From an uncultured virus (IMG/VR IMGVR_UViG_651053001_000005) (lineage: Duplodnaviria; Heunggongvirae; Uroviricota; Caudoviricetes): DNA of 64,000 bases. The translations under genes and the position numbers were made by a program. The DNA is taken from positions 1-64,000 of the IMG/VR virus record IMGVR_UViG_651053001_000005. The stretch is one strand, 5' to 3'. Below the pieces are notes generated by a model. The model was not told where the DNA came from, did not search any database, and saw only the letters and a program-made list of their open reading frames with translations. Shown piece by piece: positions 41,076 to 50,845 of the stretch; the first letter of the stretch is position 1, and every line of letters starts with the position of its first letter.

Positions 41076-41116
41076 TTGCTTCTCCTTTATCGACGATATT
41101 TTTTAGAATACCTCAT

Positions 41117-41144
41117 AAAAGAAGAGCCGCTTAAATAGCAACTC
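41117..41144 (-). terminator. intrinsic terminator closing the mini-ORF unit
   Basis: GAGUUGCU-auuua-AGCGGCUC-UUCUUUU. Confidence 0.7.
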
Positions 41145-41159
41145 AAAATGTTTATCTTA

Positions 41160-41183
41160 TTAGCCTCCCACTCTAACTCCCAT
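41160..41183 (-). CDS. mini-ORF MGVRVGG
   Basis: GGAGG-N7-ATG GGA GTT AGA GTG GGA GGC TAA TAA. Confidence 0.55.
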   Translation of the reverse strand: MGVRVGG

Positions 41184-41186
41184 GAC

Positions 41187-41213
41187 TCAGCCTCCAATAG
41201 AATTGATGGACAT
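41187..41213 (-). CDS. mini-ORF MSINSIGG
   Basis: TGgTATAAT (41237-41245), AAGGAG-N7-ATG TCC ATC AAT TCT ATT GGA GGC TGA. Confidence 0.6.
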   Translation of the reverse strand: MSINSIGG

Positions 41214-41266
41214 AATACCACTCCTTTATTAATTCAATTATACCATTTACAAAGGAGTTTGAATAA

Positions 41267-41644
41267 TCAAATAACCTCACTCCAAGACCACATGTTCATT
41301 GTTTGCAGCGTAAACCCATCAGGAAGCTTTTTCATTTTAACATTCACATTGTATCTCTTCCCAGTAGTCTTATGGATCACAGCAAGTTCTTCACCATCAT
41401 AGAACCGCACAATTGCTTCATTAAATTCAATTGGCTGATCAACCACATAACCTTCTTTAAGCGCTCTGATATACAGATAAGGGTCTGTCTTATAAAGCTC
41501 ATATAGTCTATTACCAAAGTCTTCGTGTTTATCTCTAAGCAGATTAAAATTAATCAGGGATATGTACAGTTTTTCAGATATGTTCAGCTTGTTCTTGAAA
41601 TACCGGATTGCTTCATCTTGTTCTTTGGTTAAAATATTGGCCAT
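41267..41644 (-). CDS. yorC: hypothetical protein
   Basis: Synteny, recalled sequence. Confidence 0.65.
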   Translation of the reverse strand: MANILTKEQDEAIRYFKNKLNISEKLYISLINFNLLRDKHEDFGNRLYELYKTDPYLYIRALKEGYVVDQPIEFNEAIVRFYDGEELAVIHKTTGKRYNVNVKMKKLPDGFTLQTMNMWSWSEVI

Positions 41645-41682
41645 ATATCCATCTCCTAAACTTGTTAAAACTACAGTTTTAT

Positions 41683-43425
41683 TTAGACCACAATATCTCC
41701 TTCTGCAGTCTTCAGCGTTCCACTGTCATATGTGTTATAAATTAAGGTTGTATTCTTTGCTTTATCTGTGCAATATGGGTGGGATAATAACTTGCCACCA
41801 ATTCCGCGCACATCGTTTCTTACGAGACGTACCTTGTTTGTATTCTCTAAATAAACGCCATATCCTTGGTCTGCTGAACGATTGAACATGATCTCATTAT
41901 CCTTTAATATATGTTCTGAACCGCCAGTCAGTTGGATGGCTATCAATGATTTACAGAAATAAATCTGATTTTCACTAATTTGGCAACTATATTTATCAGG
42001 AGTGCCTTTAATTGCAACATTCCTAGGCTCATGAATTTCATTTCGATGTAGTGAGACAGAAGAGTCTTTATCCCAAAAGATGCCGTACCCACTTCCACTT
42101 AACAACAAGTCATTTCCCTTTAAACGAACTGACTGAGACCTTTCGCAATAAATTCCACCATATACATTAGCAAACTCATTATTAACGAGACTGACTCGGC
42201 TAGAGTCCATTATCTTTACAGCGTATGCTGAGATTGTTCCTTTCCCTTTGTTGTTCACAACCCTTACATCATTTGAGTTTCTAACCTGGACTTGAATGCA
42301 GTCACTGTTCTCTATTCTGTTGTCTGTGATTAATACATCTTCTGCCTGATGTGTTGCAATTGGACATGCCTTTATCCCTTCTAGAGTATTATTTGATATC
42401 GACACGCCTTTTCCTCTTGCGCAAATTCCTACTTCAAACCCTCTTACCGTATTGCCCTCAATTTGAACTCTGTTTCCGGATTCCGTACTTGATACACCAA
42501 CCGAGTCAATTCCGTATTTCTTAACCTCTGCATCATTGATTATCTTGTTGTTTTTAATGCTGACATCAGTGCTGAATCCGTAAGAAATAACATTGTCACT
42601 GTAGTTTCCCTCAAGATTTACTTCACCGCTTGTGTGGGCTGTAACGGATCCACGCCCATTATTTTTAAACCTGCAGTTTCGTACAGTTAATTTGTATGGG
42701 TGATCATACTTAATTCCGTTTTCTCCAAAACCCTCTAAATCAATTCCTAATTGTGGCCCAATGGTATCTCCCCCAGCTTCCTCTATATCACAGTCGTCTA
42801 CAAGAAGACCTTCACAACCATTGGTAGCCAGATTATTTCTTCTCCCTCTTAAAAGAGTACACTTTCGAACGGTAACATTCTTTGAAGGCGTATACGCTCC
42901 TGAAGTGTTCATCATCCCATCGGCAGCTATCCAAATGTTATCTCCAATACAGTCAGAGACTTGCACATTTTCAATTAATACATTACTGCAGCCATGAATA
43001 TGAATTCCGTATCCCCATTCATGTGTCCTTTTAATTGAAGTTACTTTTGAATAATCATGCTCGTATCGATCCCCTATAATTTGACCGCCACGAATCGTTA
43101 CATTGCTCGCTTGGCCAATATAAAAACAGGAGTAGCCTTGAGAATCATTAGGCAACACTTTAAAAACAGCCTCTGGATGAAGTATTAACTCAATATTCGA
43201 AGGAATATTAATACCTCCGCCGAATTCAGGCAACCGCCTTGATGTATTCACAGCATCAATTAGATAGGTACCTTTTGGTATATGTACTTTATAGAATGAT
43301 TTTGAGCTTGCGTACTTTAAAGCTCGGTTTATCCCTTCTGTCGTTTCAATAGCATTTGACCCTTTATCATCAATTCCCCAATCCAGAGCATCAACAAAAT
43401 AGTATAAGGGCTGCTGCATATTCAT
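41683..43425 (-). CDS. yorA: right-handed beta-helix (pectin lyase-like) protein
   Basis: IPKGTY, repeated I..N.I beta-helix rungs. Confidence 0.88.
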   Translation of the reverse strand: MNMQQPLYYFVDALDWGIDDKGSNAIETTEGINRALKYASSKSFYKVHIPKGTYLIDAVNTSRRLPEFGGGINIPSNIELILHPEAVFKVLPNDSQGYSCFYIGQASNVTIRGGQIIGDRYEHDYSKVTSIKRTHEWGYGIHIHGCSNVLIENVQVSDCIGDNIWIAADGMMNTSGAYTPSKNVTVRKCTLLRGRRNNLATNGCEGLLVDDCDIEEAGGDTIGPQLGIDLEGFGENGIKYDHPYKLTVRNCRFKNNGRGSVTAHTSGEVNLEGNYSDNVISYGFSTDVSIKNNKIINDAEVKKYGIDSVGVSSTESGNRVQIEGNTVRGFEVGICARGKGVSISNNTLEGIKACPIATHQAEDVLITDNRIENSDCIQVQVRNSNDVRVVNNKGKGTISAYAVKIMDSSRVSLVNNEFANVYGGIYCERSQSVRLKGNDLLLSGSGYGIFWDKDSSVSLHRNEIHEPRNVAIKGTPDKYSCQISENQIYFCKSLIAIQLTGGSEHILKDNEIMFNRSADQGYGVYLENTNKVRLVRNDVRGIGGKLLSHPYCTDKAKNTTLIYNTYDSGTLKTAEGDIVV

Positions 43426-44243
43426 GTTGTCAAACCCTTCCCTTCTACATTTTCATTGAGAAACCCTGACAGAGTGTCAATGAAATTATAAAAGACCTCA
43501 TTTCTTGTGCCTGACCGTCCTTTTAGAGAAAAGGTGTTAAACATTGATTTTCGCAGTCCAGTGCTTAACTCAAGTTGAATGCTCTTTCCTGTTTTATTTT
43601 TATTCGCAACATTGTTCGGACTGCTGCCAGATAACCTTGTCCCCTCATCAAGAAGCTCTGCAGAGTAGCCGGCATTATTTAATGTGATTGTTATCGCTTC
43701 AGCTTTGTTCCGATCTGTGCCGCCAACTAAAACATGTTGATCATTGCTTGCGTAGCCGTGAAGTGACAGTGTGAACTCATGCTCCTTCAACATTTCAAGT
43801 GCTTGAGGTTCATCGAAATTTGTACTGGTTAAATGTAAATCAAATGCTCCTGGTGTCTTTAAAGCTTCAAAAAGATATGTAGAGTATGTTTCGCTTAATT
43901 CCTTTGCAAGCTCGCTTGTTCCCCCTTCTATACCACCTCCATGGGGAGCAAGAATTAATACATCAGAGTCTTGCTCTTTTGAAAATACGCTAAAATTGAA
44001 CGGTGATTCATTCGCTTTAAGCTCTTCAAAGTTCCGATACTTGTCCGCTGCTAAAATACTCACTGGATTCAGGAATGAGACCAGAGCTGTCACCAAGAAT
44101 GGAAAAGTCTTCTTAACTATGTTATACTTTAATAGCTTCACTTCGCGGTGAGGTGGGCAGATTAGAGTGTACCGTCCAAAGTCTCTCTTCTCTGCTCCTT
44201 TAGTCTTTTTTAGCAATTCCACTATTCTGTTTTTAATCTTCAA
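43422..44243 (-). CDS. pghZ: poly-gamma-glutamate hydrolase (PghP family)
   Basis: APHGGGIE.GTSE, H.TS..FDEP, SLHG, QLE. Confidence 0.92.
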   Translation of the reverse strand: MKIKNRIVELLKKTKGAEKRDFGRYTLICPPHREVKLLKYNIVKKTFPFLVTALVSFLNPVSILAADKYRNFEELKANESPFNFSVFSKEQDSDVLILAPHGGGIEGGTSELAKELSETYSTYLFEALKTPGAFDLHLTSTNFDEPQALEMLKEHEFTLSLHGYASNDQHVLVGGTDRNKAEAITITLNNAGYSAELLDEGTRLSGSSPNNVANKNKTGKSIQLELSTGLRKSMFNTFSLKGRSGTRNEVFYNFIDTLSGFLNENVEGKGLTT

Positions 44244-44347
44244 TTAAATAAACACTCCTTTTATTTTTATAAACTTCAGATAGCTGAAATAAATTACATC
44301 TCAATCACCTCCTTTTAAGTTAAAAATCACTTTTGACGCACGCAATC

Positions 44348-44584
44348 TCAAAATTTTGATTTAAATTTATTGCATACTACACCATAGTATTTAAAATATT
44401 GCTGATGATTAGCTTTTTCCAATAAAGTTATGAACTCATCTCCATGTTGTTTTCTCGCTGAGGAATGTCTTAGGTCGACAATGTTTATTTCTTGTGCTTT
44501 TACACTATGAATAAACTGTTTTACTTGATTAATCAATCTTTTGGGAACTGTTCCGTCTTCAATCATCAATTCAAGCTCTATCAA
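44348..44584 (-). CDS. hypothetical protein
   Basis: ORF track; possible ATA start at 44605. Confidence 0.55.
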   Translation of the reverse strand: MIELELMIEDGTVPKRLINQVKQFIHSVKAQEINIVDLRHSSARKQHGDEFITLLEKANHQQYFKYYGVVCNKFKSKF

Positions 44585-44640
44585 AGTACGATTTGTTCTA
44601 TCTATATTGCTTCACTCCATTCCTCTATAAAATATCGTTT

Positions 44641-44913
44641 TTATTCAGTTTCTTTTCTTACCCATTTTCTAACCTTAACTTCCTTAAGCTCAACTTCAAA
44701 ACACTCAACCTGGTCATCGTATTCCCACGGTCTCTCCTCTTGTAACTCTGTAGCGCCTTCCCTGTAAGTTGTCTCATAAAACTTGTCTTGATATGCAAAC
44801 ACAATACGATAATGAATACTCCACCTAGACGTATCAGTGATTTCTTCTAAAATTGAGGATTCAGGTAGCCCCAATTCATTTACCATGTAATCTTTGTCCA
44901 ATTTAATTTTCAT
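44641..44913 (-). CDS. conserved phage hypothetical protein
   Basis: RWS...G.TE.QE..P pattern. Confidence 0.7.
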   Translation of the reverse strand: MKIKLDKDYMVNELGLPESSILEEITDTSRWSIHYRIVFAYQDKFYETTYREGATELQEERPWEYDDQVECFEVELKEVKVRKWVRKETE

Positions 44914-45793
44914 TCAAAATAACCCCTCTTCCTTTGCAGCATTCACATTCGACTAAAGGCTCGTTGATTTTAGCCATCAGATCATCTAAAAATTTCTTAA
45001 TATTACTCTTCAAATCCTCAACGTCCTTACCACTAAAAGGCTCTACAATTGGGTAGCTCTGATAGGCTTTAGGTGCAACATTGTAAATTTCAACTTCCCG
45101 CTTTGTTTGAAATCTTTTCTCAAGTTTAGGCTTTCTTCGTTTGTACATTGCATTAAGATCAACTACATACTCGTGAGGTTTGTAAAGCTCCAAAACTTTG
45201 ACCACAGTTAAACAGAAATCATAATCACTCGTGATTCTTGCCAATTTAGGGTTAATATTGGCTTTAATATGGTTTCTGATAATCTTATAACTTTCTTCTC
45301 GGGACAAGTAACACGGCTTTGTTTCAAGAAGCATTGGATGAGTTTGAATCCTATCCAGTAAGTTATAATTCAAGTTAAAATTATGGCTTTGCAACTTAAG
45401 TTCTCCGTCAATTTCTTCAATTACATTCATTTCAAACTCAATTTTTTGATTCTCTTGCGGGACTTCTTCAAATTTTAAATCATATAGACCCTTCACTTCA
45501 TAGTATTCACTGTCTTCACCTATGTAAGAAGTTTTAATTACTTGTGGCGTCAAATCAGTTTCCTGGAATCCCTCTTTTAATTCATACCTATAATTGATTT
45601 TTTTAGCCGGCATTTGTTTTTCAATAACACTTGGCTCCTTATCAAGCTTAAACCAGTCTGATTTATACGTTTGGGTTGCTCGTTTCCCATCGAAAAACAA
45701 TTCATCTAATTGACTATGAAAATATTTATTTCCTTCAATATTGTCAGACACCAAAAAACAGTTACTTGTTTTAATACCAATTAGCTTCATCAA
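44903..45793 (-). CDS. hypothetical protein with C-terminal CxxCxGxG
   Basis: ORF track. Confidence 0.75.
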   Translation of the reverse strand: MMKLIGIKTSNCFLVSDNIEGNKYFHSQLDELFFDGKRATQTYKSDWFKLDKEPSVIEKQMPAKKINYRYELKEGFQETDLTPQVIKTSYIGEDSEYYEVKGLYDLKFEEVPQENQKIEFEMNVIEEIDGELKLQSHNFNLNYNLLDRIQTHPMLLETKPCYLSREESYKIIRNHIKANINPKLARITSDYDFCLTVVKVLELYKPHEYVVDLNAMYKRRKPKLEKRFQTKREVEIYNVAPKAYQSYPIVEPFSGKDVEDLKSNIKKFLDDLMAKINEPLVECECCKGRGVILNEN

Positions 45794-45838
45794 ATTTCCC
45801 CTTTTTAATTTTATTTTTATCCTTATAAAATCTCTGTT

Positions 45839-46318
45839 TTATTTAGATTCGAAAAGCTCAGTATCTTCGTAAATATTACCGATTACTTCATAACTGATGA
45901 CAGTCGGGTCTGATTCGCTTTTTAACCAACTCAAAGCATTCATCTCACAATCAATCCAAGGCCTTAAATCAAATGCTGGATAGTTTTCGCTATCCAAGAA
46001 TTTAACTTCTCCAACGTAATAAGGTTCTTCAGCCCATGTGGTGTCGAAAGTAATCCGAATTATATCCCCTTCATAAATCTCCTTGCCGTTATTGTCCTTC
46101 AATCCGGTGTATTGTCGAACCGCTTTCAAACTTTTATCAGCAAACGAATATTCATCACCGTCTTTATCTGTAACGTAATCTATTTTTCCGTTATCAAAAG
46201 AAATGTCATGAACATCAATAATTTCTTCGTAACTGTCTATACCTGCCCAATGCATATTAGAACCCAAATTGCTTAATGCATGTTTAACTACCAACGCCTG
46301 AAATTTAATATCTCTCAT
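45839..46318 (-). CDS. YopX-family protein
   Basis: MRDIKF, QYTGLKD.NGKEIYEGDI, EVIGNIYE. Confidence 0.9.
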   Translation of the reverse strand: MRDIKFQALVVKHALSNLGSNMHWAGIDSYEEIIDVHDISFDNGKIDYVTDKDGDEYSFADKSLKAVRQYTGLKDNNGKEIYEGDIIRITFDTTWAEEPYYVGEVKFLDSENYPAFDLRPWIDCEMNALSWLKSESDPTVISYEVIGNIYEDTELFESK

Positions 46319-46333
46319 TCTCTCCACCTCCTG

Positions 46334-46633
46334 TTATTGTCTCCGCTCAAAACCGATATTAACGTTTGCTTGTTTAGGTCTGATAACTTCAACTGTGCTA
46401 CCTCTGTCAGACAGCCTACTTTTTAATTCCTTCATATCCTTGTATGGCGCTATTTGCAAGGTGCTCAGATCGATAAGAATAACTTCATGTTTATCTTTAG
46501 CGGCATACTCTCTGTCTAGTGTTCTAACAATGTATACATCAGCATCATCTATTTTAATGAAGTACCCGTCCTCTAAATCTTTCACCTTTGGCTTATCTGC
46601 TTTGTTCTTTCTAATCTTTAAATTGATCGCCAT
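46334..46633 (-). CDS. hypothetical protein, near-identical paralog of 20457..20762
   Basis: Direct sequence comparison. Confidence 0.8.
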   Translation of the reverse strand: MAINLKIRKNKADKPKVKDLEDGYFIKIDDADVYIVRTLDREYAAKDKHEVILIDLSTLQIAPYKDMKELKSRLSDRGSTVEVIRPKQANVNIGFERRQ

Positions 46634-46856
46634 TATTCTCACATCCACTTATTTTATTTTTATCAAATAAATCGATTATGTAGGCTTCGTACATCTCATC
46701 CCAATAAGGATCTGTTCTTGCTATGTATTTCTTTGCTTTTCCATTCTCCTCAATTTTAAAGGTTTGCCCCTTTTGGATATCCGTGAACTTCTCCTTTGTC
46801 CATATACCTCTAATCAACACTTCAACTTCTTTTACCTCAACTGTTTGCCGCTGCAT
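46611..46856 (-). CDS. hypothetical protein ([11 protein letters not shown]...)
   Basis: AAGGAGG RBS. Confidence 0.65.
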   Translation of the reverse strand: MQRQTVEVKEVEVLIRGIWTKEKFTDIQKGQTFKIEENGKAKKYIARTDPYWDEMYEAYIIDLFDKNKISGCENNGDQFKD

Positions 46857-46917
46857 CACATTCCTCCTTTTTGATTTTCGTGTATCAAGCCTGTACAATA
46901 TTCAAAAACCCTAAAGG

Positions 46918-47601
46918 ATGATGAACATGTGCGGCAGGTTCACTTTATTCTCTGAGTTTGACGACATTATCGAACAGTTCAATATAGATCAATTTTTGTC
47001 TGAAAACGAATACCATCCAAGCTATAACGTTGCTCCTTCACAAAACATCCTGACAATCATTAATGATGGATCAAACAACCGTATGGGTAAGCTTAGATGG
47101 GGTCTTATCCCTCCTTGGGCCAAAGATGAAAAGATCGGCTATAAAATGATCAATGCTCGAGCTGAGACATTGGCCGAGAAACCCAGCTTTCGAAAGCCAC
47201 TCGTAAGCAAACGTTGTATCATCCCAGCTGACAGTTTTTATGAATGGAAGCGTCTTGACCCAAAGACTAAGGTTCCTATGAGGATTAAACTTAAATCATC
47301 CAACCTCTTTGCATTTGCCGGCTTATATGAAAAGTGGAATACGCCAGAAGGCAATCCGCTATATACCTGCACAATCATTACTACAAAACCCAATGAGTTG
47401 ATGGAGGACATCCATGATCGGATGCCGGTCATTCTCACTGACAAGAACGAAAAGGAATGGCTAAACCCCAAAAACACCGATCCTGATTATCTTCAAAGCT
47501 TACTGCTTCCGTATGATGCTAATGACATGGAAGCTTATCAAGTTTCATCCTTAGTTAACTCGCCTAAAAACAACTCACCGGAACTGATTGAATCCCATTA
47601 A
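46918..47601 (+). CDS. yoqW: SRAP/HMCES abasic-site protecting protein (MCGRF start at 46927)
   Basis: MCGRF, YN.AP, WGL.P.W, NAR.ET, FYEW, IHDRMP. Confidence 0.95.
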   Translation: MMNMCGRFTLFSEFDDIIEQFNIDQFLSENEYHPSYNVAPSQNILTIINDGSNNRMGKLRWGLIPPWAKDEKIGYKMINARAETLAEKPSFRKPLVSKRCIIPADSFYEWKRLDPKTKVPMRIKLKSSNLFAFAGLYEKWNTPEGNPLYTCTIITTKPNELMEDIHDRMPVILTDKNEKEWLNPKNTDPDYLQSLLLPYDANDMEAYQVSSLVNSPKNNSPELIESH

Positions 47602-47670
47602 GTACCACAGTCATTTTGCTTTATATATCACCTTCGCTTAGCTATTATGTTCTAAGTAGGAGGTGATATT

Positions 47671-48483
47671 TTGTTTGTATCGCCAATGTTATTGCATTCA
47701 ATCAAAGAACCATTTGATGACGATGATTATATTACCGAGCTGAAGTTTGATGGAATTAGACTGATCCTCTCCAAGTTTAATGATCAGATAAAGCTTTATA
47801 CTCGTCACAACAATGAAGTAACAAGCAAGTTCCCAGAACTGTTGGATCTTGATATACCCAATGGAACTGTTTTAGACGGTGAAATCATTGTAGCTACCCC
47901 AGGCGGTGCCCCTGATTTCGAAGCAGTCATGGAACGCTTTATGTCTAAGAAATCAGCTCATAAGGTGGTTTACTGTGTATTCGATGTAGTTTATATTGAT
48001 GGACATTCAATCGCTAATAAGCCGCTCACTGAACGTAAGAGCATGCTTTCAGACCTAAACCTTGACCACGATAATGTCTTTGTGATCGAAGGCCTGCAAG
48101 GAAACGGATTAGCTTACTTCAATCTGGCCAAAGAAAAGAATTTAGAGGGAATCGTACTAAAGAAAGCTAACTCCCCTTATGAAATCAATAAACGTTCCCA
48201 TAGCTGGCTGAAAGTGATTAATTATGATTACACAGATGTGCTTATCACTGGCTACACCAAAGAGGATATAAAGTTTCTTCTGTCTTATCCTGATGGTACA
48301 ACAGCTGGATTTATGGAATTCATGCCGAATGCGGAACGAAGTAAGTTCCACTCTATGAAACAAGTAAAGTCTGAATCTGATGAATATGTATTTGTAGAAC
48401 CGATCTTATGTAAGGTTAAACACAGATTTAAGACTAAGCATGGCAAACTCCGTATACCTTCCTTTGAATCCTGGAGAGTCTAA
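47671..48483 (+). CDS. ligB: ATP-dependent DNA ligase
   Basis: ELKFDGIR, LDGE, FD, EGIVLK, WLK. Confidence 0.95.
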   Translation: MFVSPMLLHSIKEPFDDDDYITELKFDGIRLILSKFNDQIKLYTRHNNEVTSKFPELLDLDIPNGTVLDGEIIVATPGGAPDFEAVMERFMSKKSAHKVVYCVFDVVYIDGHSIANKPLTERKSMLSDLNLDHDNVFVIEGLQGNGLAYFNLAKEKNLEGIVLKKANSPYEINKRSHSWLKVINYDYTDVLITGYTKEDIKFLLSYPDGTTAGFMEFMPNAERSKFHSMKQVKSESDEYVFVEPILCKVKHRFKTKHGKLRIPSFESWRV

Positions 48484-48700
48484 CCTCTCCGTTACATAAT
48501 TCCTTAATGTCTCTTTCTTAACAAAATTCAAAATCTATTACATTAACACTTTAAGTTAGTTCTATTCCATCTCAATCCACTTATAATATTTCCCTATATG
48601 ACAATCAAAGCGCCAACCATCCTCAATGACTTTCGTATGACTATTCTTATATTTCGAGTGATTTAATAACACCCTAGGAGAAAACATTATTCTCTGCCAA

Positions 48701-48898
48701 TTAAATAATTCTTTCATTTTTCATACCCCTTTCCTTGTGAATTTTCACTTTTGATAACAATGTTATCTTTACAGTTCGTTCAATTAAATATTCTGCATTG
48801 CAGTAATCGCATTTTACTCTAAATTCAAGAGATGGCTCATAAACAATGGTTTCTCCACAAATCTCACAAGGAAAAACATCTTCATTGATTCTCCCCAT
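48701..48898 (-). CDS. small zinc-ribbon protein
   Basis: CEIC / CDYC. Confidence 0.6.
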   Translation of the reverse strand: MGRINEDVFPCEICGETIVYEPSLEFRVKCDYCNAEYLIERTVKITLLSKVKIHKERGMKNERII

Positions 48899-48992
48899 AA
48901 ATAAATCACATCCTTTAAAATAACTATTTTATTTTGATCCCATAATAATCACCAAATATTTTAGCCCACAAAATCATTTAGAATATTCTCAT

Positions 48993-49196
48993 TCATTCTC
49001 CTCCATCTCCATATCCGCTATGAGAACTACTTCCGAATAACCCGAGGGAAACGACTAATGCTGTTATAAACGACGACAATATAAGGGGAAGCAAAAATAC
49101 TGCCAAGCCGGTATAGTTAGACTCAAACGTTATAAGCTGTGTGATCGAATATGCGAAAAAGAAAACATACAATCCATATATAATCCAAAACCGCAT
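48993..49196 (-). CDS. small two-TM membrane protein
   Basis: Hydrophobicity. Confidence 0.6.
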   Translation of the reverse strand: MRFWIIYGLYVFFFAYSITQLITFESNYTGLAVFLLPLILSSFITALVVSLGLFGSSSHSGYGDGGE

Positions 49197-49418
49197 TTAT
49201 TCACTCTCCAATCGTTTTAATGCTTCACTGTTTTCGCCAATAGTTTCGTTAATCAATAATCTGCGAGCTTTCTTTATCGTAGTTATTTGGAATGTGCAAT
49301 CGTCTCTTCCATACATCTCACAGGTAACAACATAATCTCTAAATAGATCGTTCATATACTCCATGTCACCACAACCATATAGTTTGCCGTTTAGAAAGCA
49401 CGCATATATTTGCGCCAT
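49197..49418 (-). CDS. hypothetical protein
   Basis: ORF track, GGAGG RBS. Confidence 0.7.
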   Translation of the reverse strand: MAQIYACFLNGKLYGCGDMEYMNDLFRDYVVTCEMYGRDDCTFQITTIKKARRLLINETIGENSEALKRLESE

Positions 49419-49607
49419 TGACTTTCCTCCATATCACCTATGGCTATCACCGCCATTTGATTGTGTTTCTGTCATTTATTCCATCTCAATTTTTTTGAAT
49501 TCTTTTTTGATTTTTCTATTGCTTTTCACTCTTTTATTAATAGAGGCGTTGTCTTACCCATGCCATCTAAAAGAGAAAGGACATTTTTGTCTCGGAGGTG
49601 AAAGGTA

Positions 49608-49760
49608 ATGAAATTTCTAATGGATCTTTTCACAAATTGGACTTTTGATAAAGTCATGGATTACATGCTAGCTGCTGTAATTTGGTTTGTATTCAAGTCC
49701 AAATCAAAGCAGAATGAGTATCCTGATAACTTTAAGGAAAGAAGGCGTTATAGAGATTGA
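49608..49760 (+). CDS. 50-aa peptide (YoqT-like) MKFLMDLFTNWTFDKVMDYMLAAVIWFVF...
   Basis: GGAGGTGA RBS; hand-translated. Confidence 0.7.
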   Translation: MKFLMDLFTNWTFDKVMDYMLAAVIWFVFKSKSKQNEYPDNFKERRRYRD

Positions 49761-49812
49761 TATTCTCTCTATGATCGTTATCTATATGGTTACTGCTTTA
49801 GATAGCGATCTT

Positions 49813-50175
49813 CTAGTGGTTTAATTTAAATTCAACACCCAAAAAGTCACATAGCTCTTCCTTAAAATCCGGTTCTCCAAATGTTCCATTCAACAATCTG
49901 TGTTCTAAAACATTGAGAGTAACCTCTTCAGGTTCCCACTGATCTTCTAAACCGTGGCATGAACAGTGGGAACCATTAACCTCGAACAATTTCCCTCTCT
50001 CTTCAAATAGAACCCATGCGTGCCCTTCACAAATGTCACCATCATAAGAGGCAAACAGAATGTTTACATCAGTTTCTTTTTCTTCAAAGTCTGACAAAAC
50101 GTCAACCTTTTCTTTTCCTTCCCAATCGTTCAGAAGTACTGATTTTTGCTTAATGATTTCTTCAAATTTTTTCAT
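49813..50175 (-). CDS. conserved phage protein with HCSC motif
   Basis: FEVNGSHCSCHGLEDQWEPE. Confidence 0.7.
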   Translation of the reverse strand: MKKFEEIIKQKSVLLNDWEGKEKVDVLSDFEEKETDVNILFASYDGDICEGHAWVLFEERGKLFEVNGSHCSCHGLEDQWEPEEVTLNVLEHRLLNGTFGEPDFKEELCDFLGVEFKLNH

Positions 50176-50217
50176 TGTCCCTAACTCCCCCATTTCATTT
50201 TAAAAACTATCTTTTAT

Positions 50218-50469
50218 TTAGACCTTCTCATAAGTCTGATGAAATATGTCAGGTTTACAAGGATAAAACTCACCTTGGACTCCTTTAATAACAAAATCAT
50301 TAGGCGAAACGATCATACTGCCTTCTAAAGTTTGTATATGACGCATTGTTGTAAGTAAATCATGCCAGATACCAACTACATCACCGCAGAATTCCCGTAA
50401 TTCATCATAAGAATCTTGTGATCCGTCATATTGGATAGCATCAACTTCAACTGGTTTTTTATATTTCAC
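50218..50469 (-). CDS. PGDYG-like phage protein
   Basis: KKPV.V.A.Q, TLEG.M, GEFYPCKPDIF..TYE. Confidence 0.8.
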   Translation of the reverse strand: MKYKKPVEVDAIQYDGSQDSYDELREFCGDVVGIWHDLLTTMRHIQTLEGSMIVSPNDFVIKGVQGEFYPCKPDIFHQTYEKV

Positions 50470-50512
50470 TTCCCACCTCTTCCTTTAAAATCACGAGTTT
50501 ATTTAGATTTAG

Positions 50513-50728
50513 TTATGTAATTTCATTTAAGTTTTCGTATTTAGTAAGCTCATCAATCACTCTTTCCATTTCAGCTATAGACATTTCTTTGAAATTTGGT
50601 GCATATCCTAAGACCTTAGCTAAAAACCAACGCTTTTCTTTCAGGCTATTAAAACCTAATCGTTTAAATTCTTTGGATAATTTTCTTCTCAGCACAGGGA
50701 AATAACCTAGTGTAGTGTATACGATCAC
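50513..50728 (-). CDS. hypothetical protein
   Basis: ORF track, AGGAGG RBS. Confidence 0.65.
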   Translation of the reverse strand: MIVYTTLGYFPVLRRKLSKEFKRLGFNSLKEKRWFLAKVLGYAPNFKEMSIAEMERVIDELTKYENLNEIT

Positions 50729-50845
50729 TTAATTTTACCTCCTGAAAAATCTGTTATTTTAATTTAACTTTAATGTGGATCACCTTGAGAAAATCCCCTT
50801 TAATTGGTAAACTCATACCTAACTTACATACGAGTGGGTGATTCC

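Noticed and set aside
48484..48700. Short broken frames after ligB
   Set aside because: Multiple stops and no convincing RBS; probably decayed sequence.
49434..49475. 13-codon ORF MTETQSNGGDSHR as another signal-like peptide
   Set aside because: Weak SD, wrong length and C-terminus; more likely a gene remnant.
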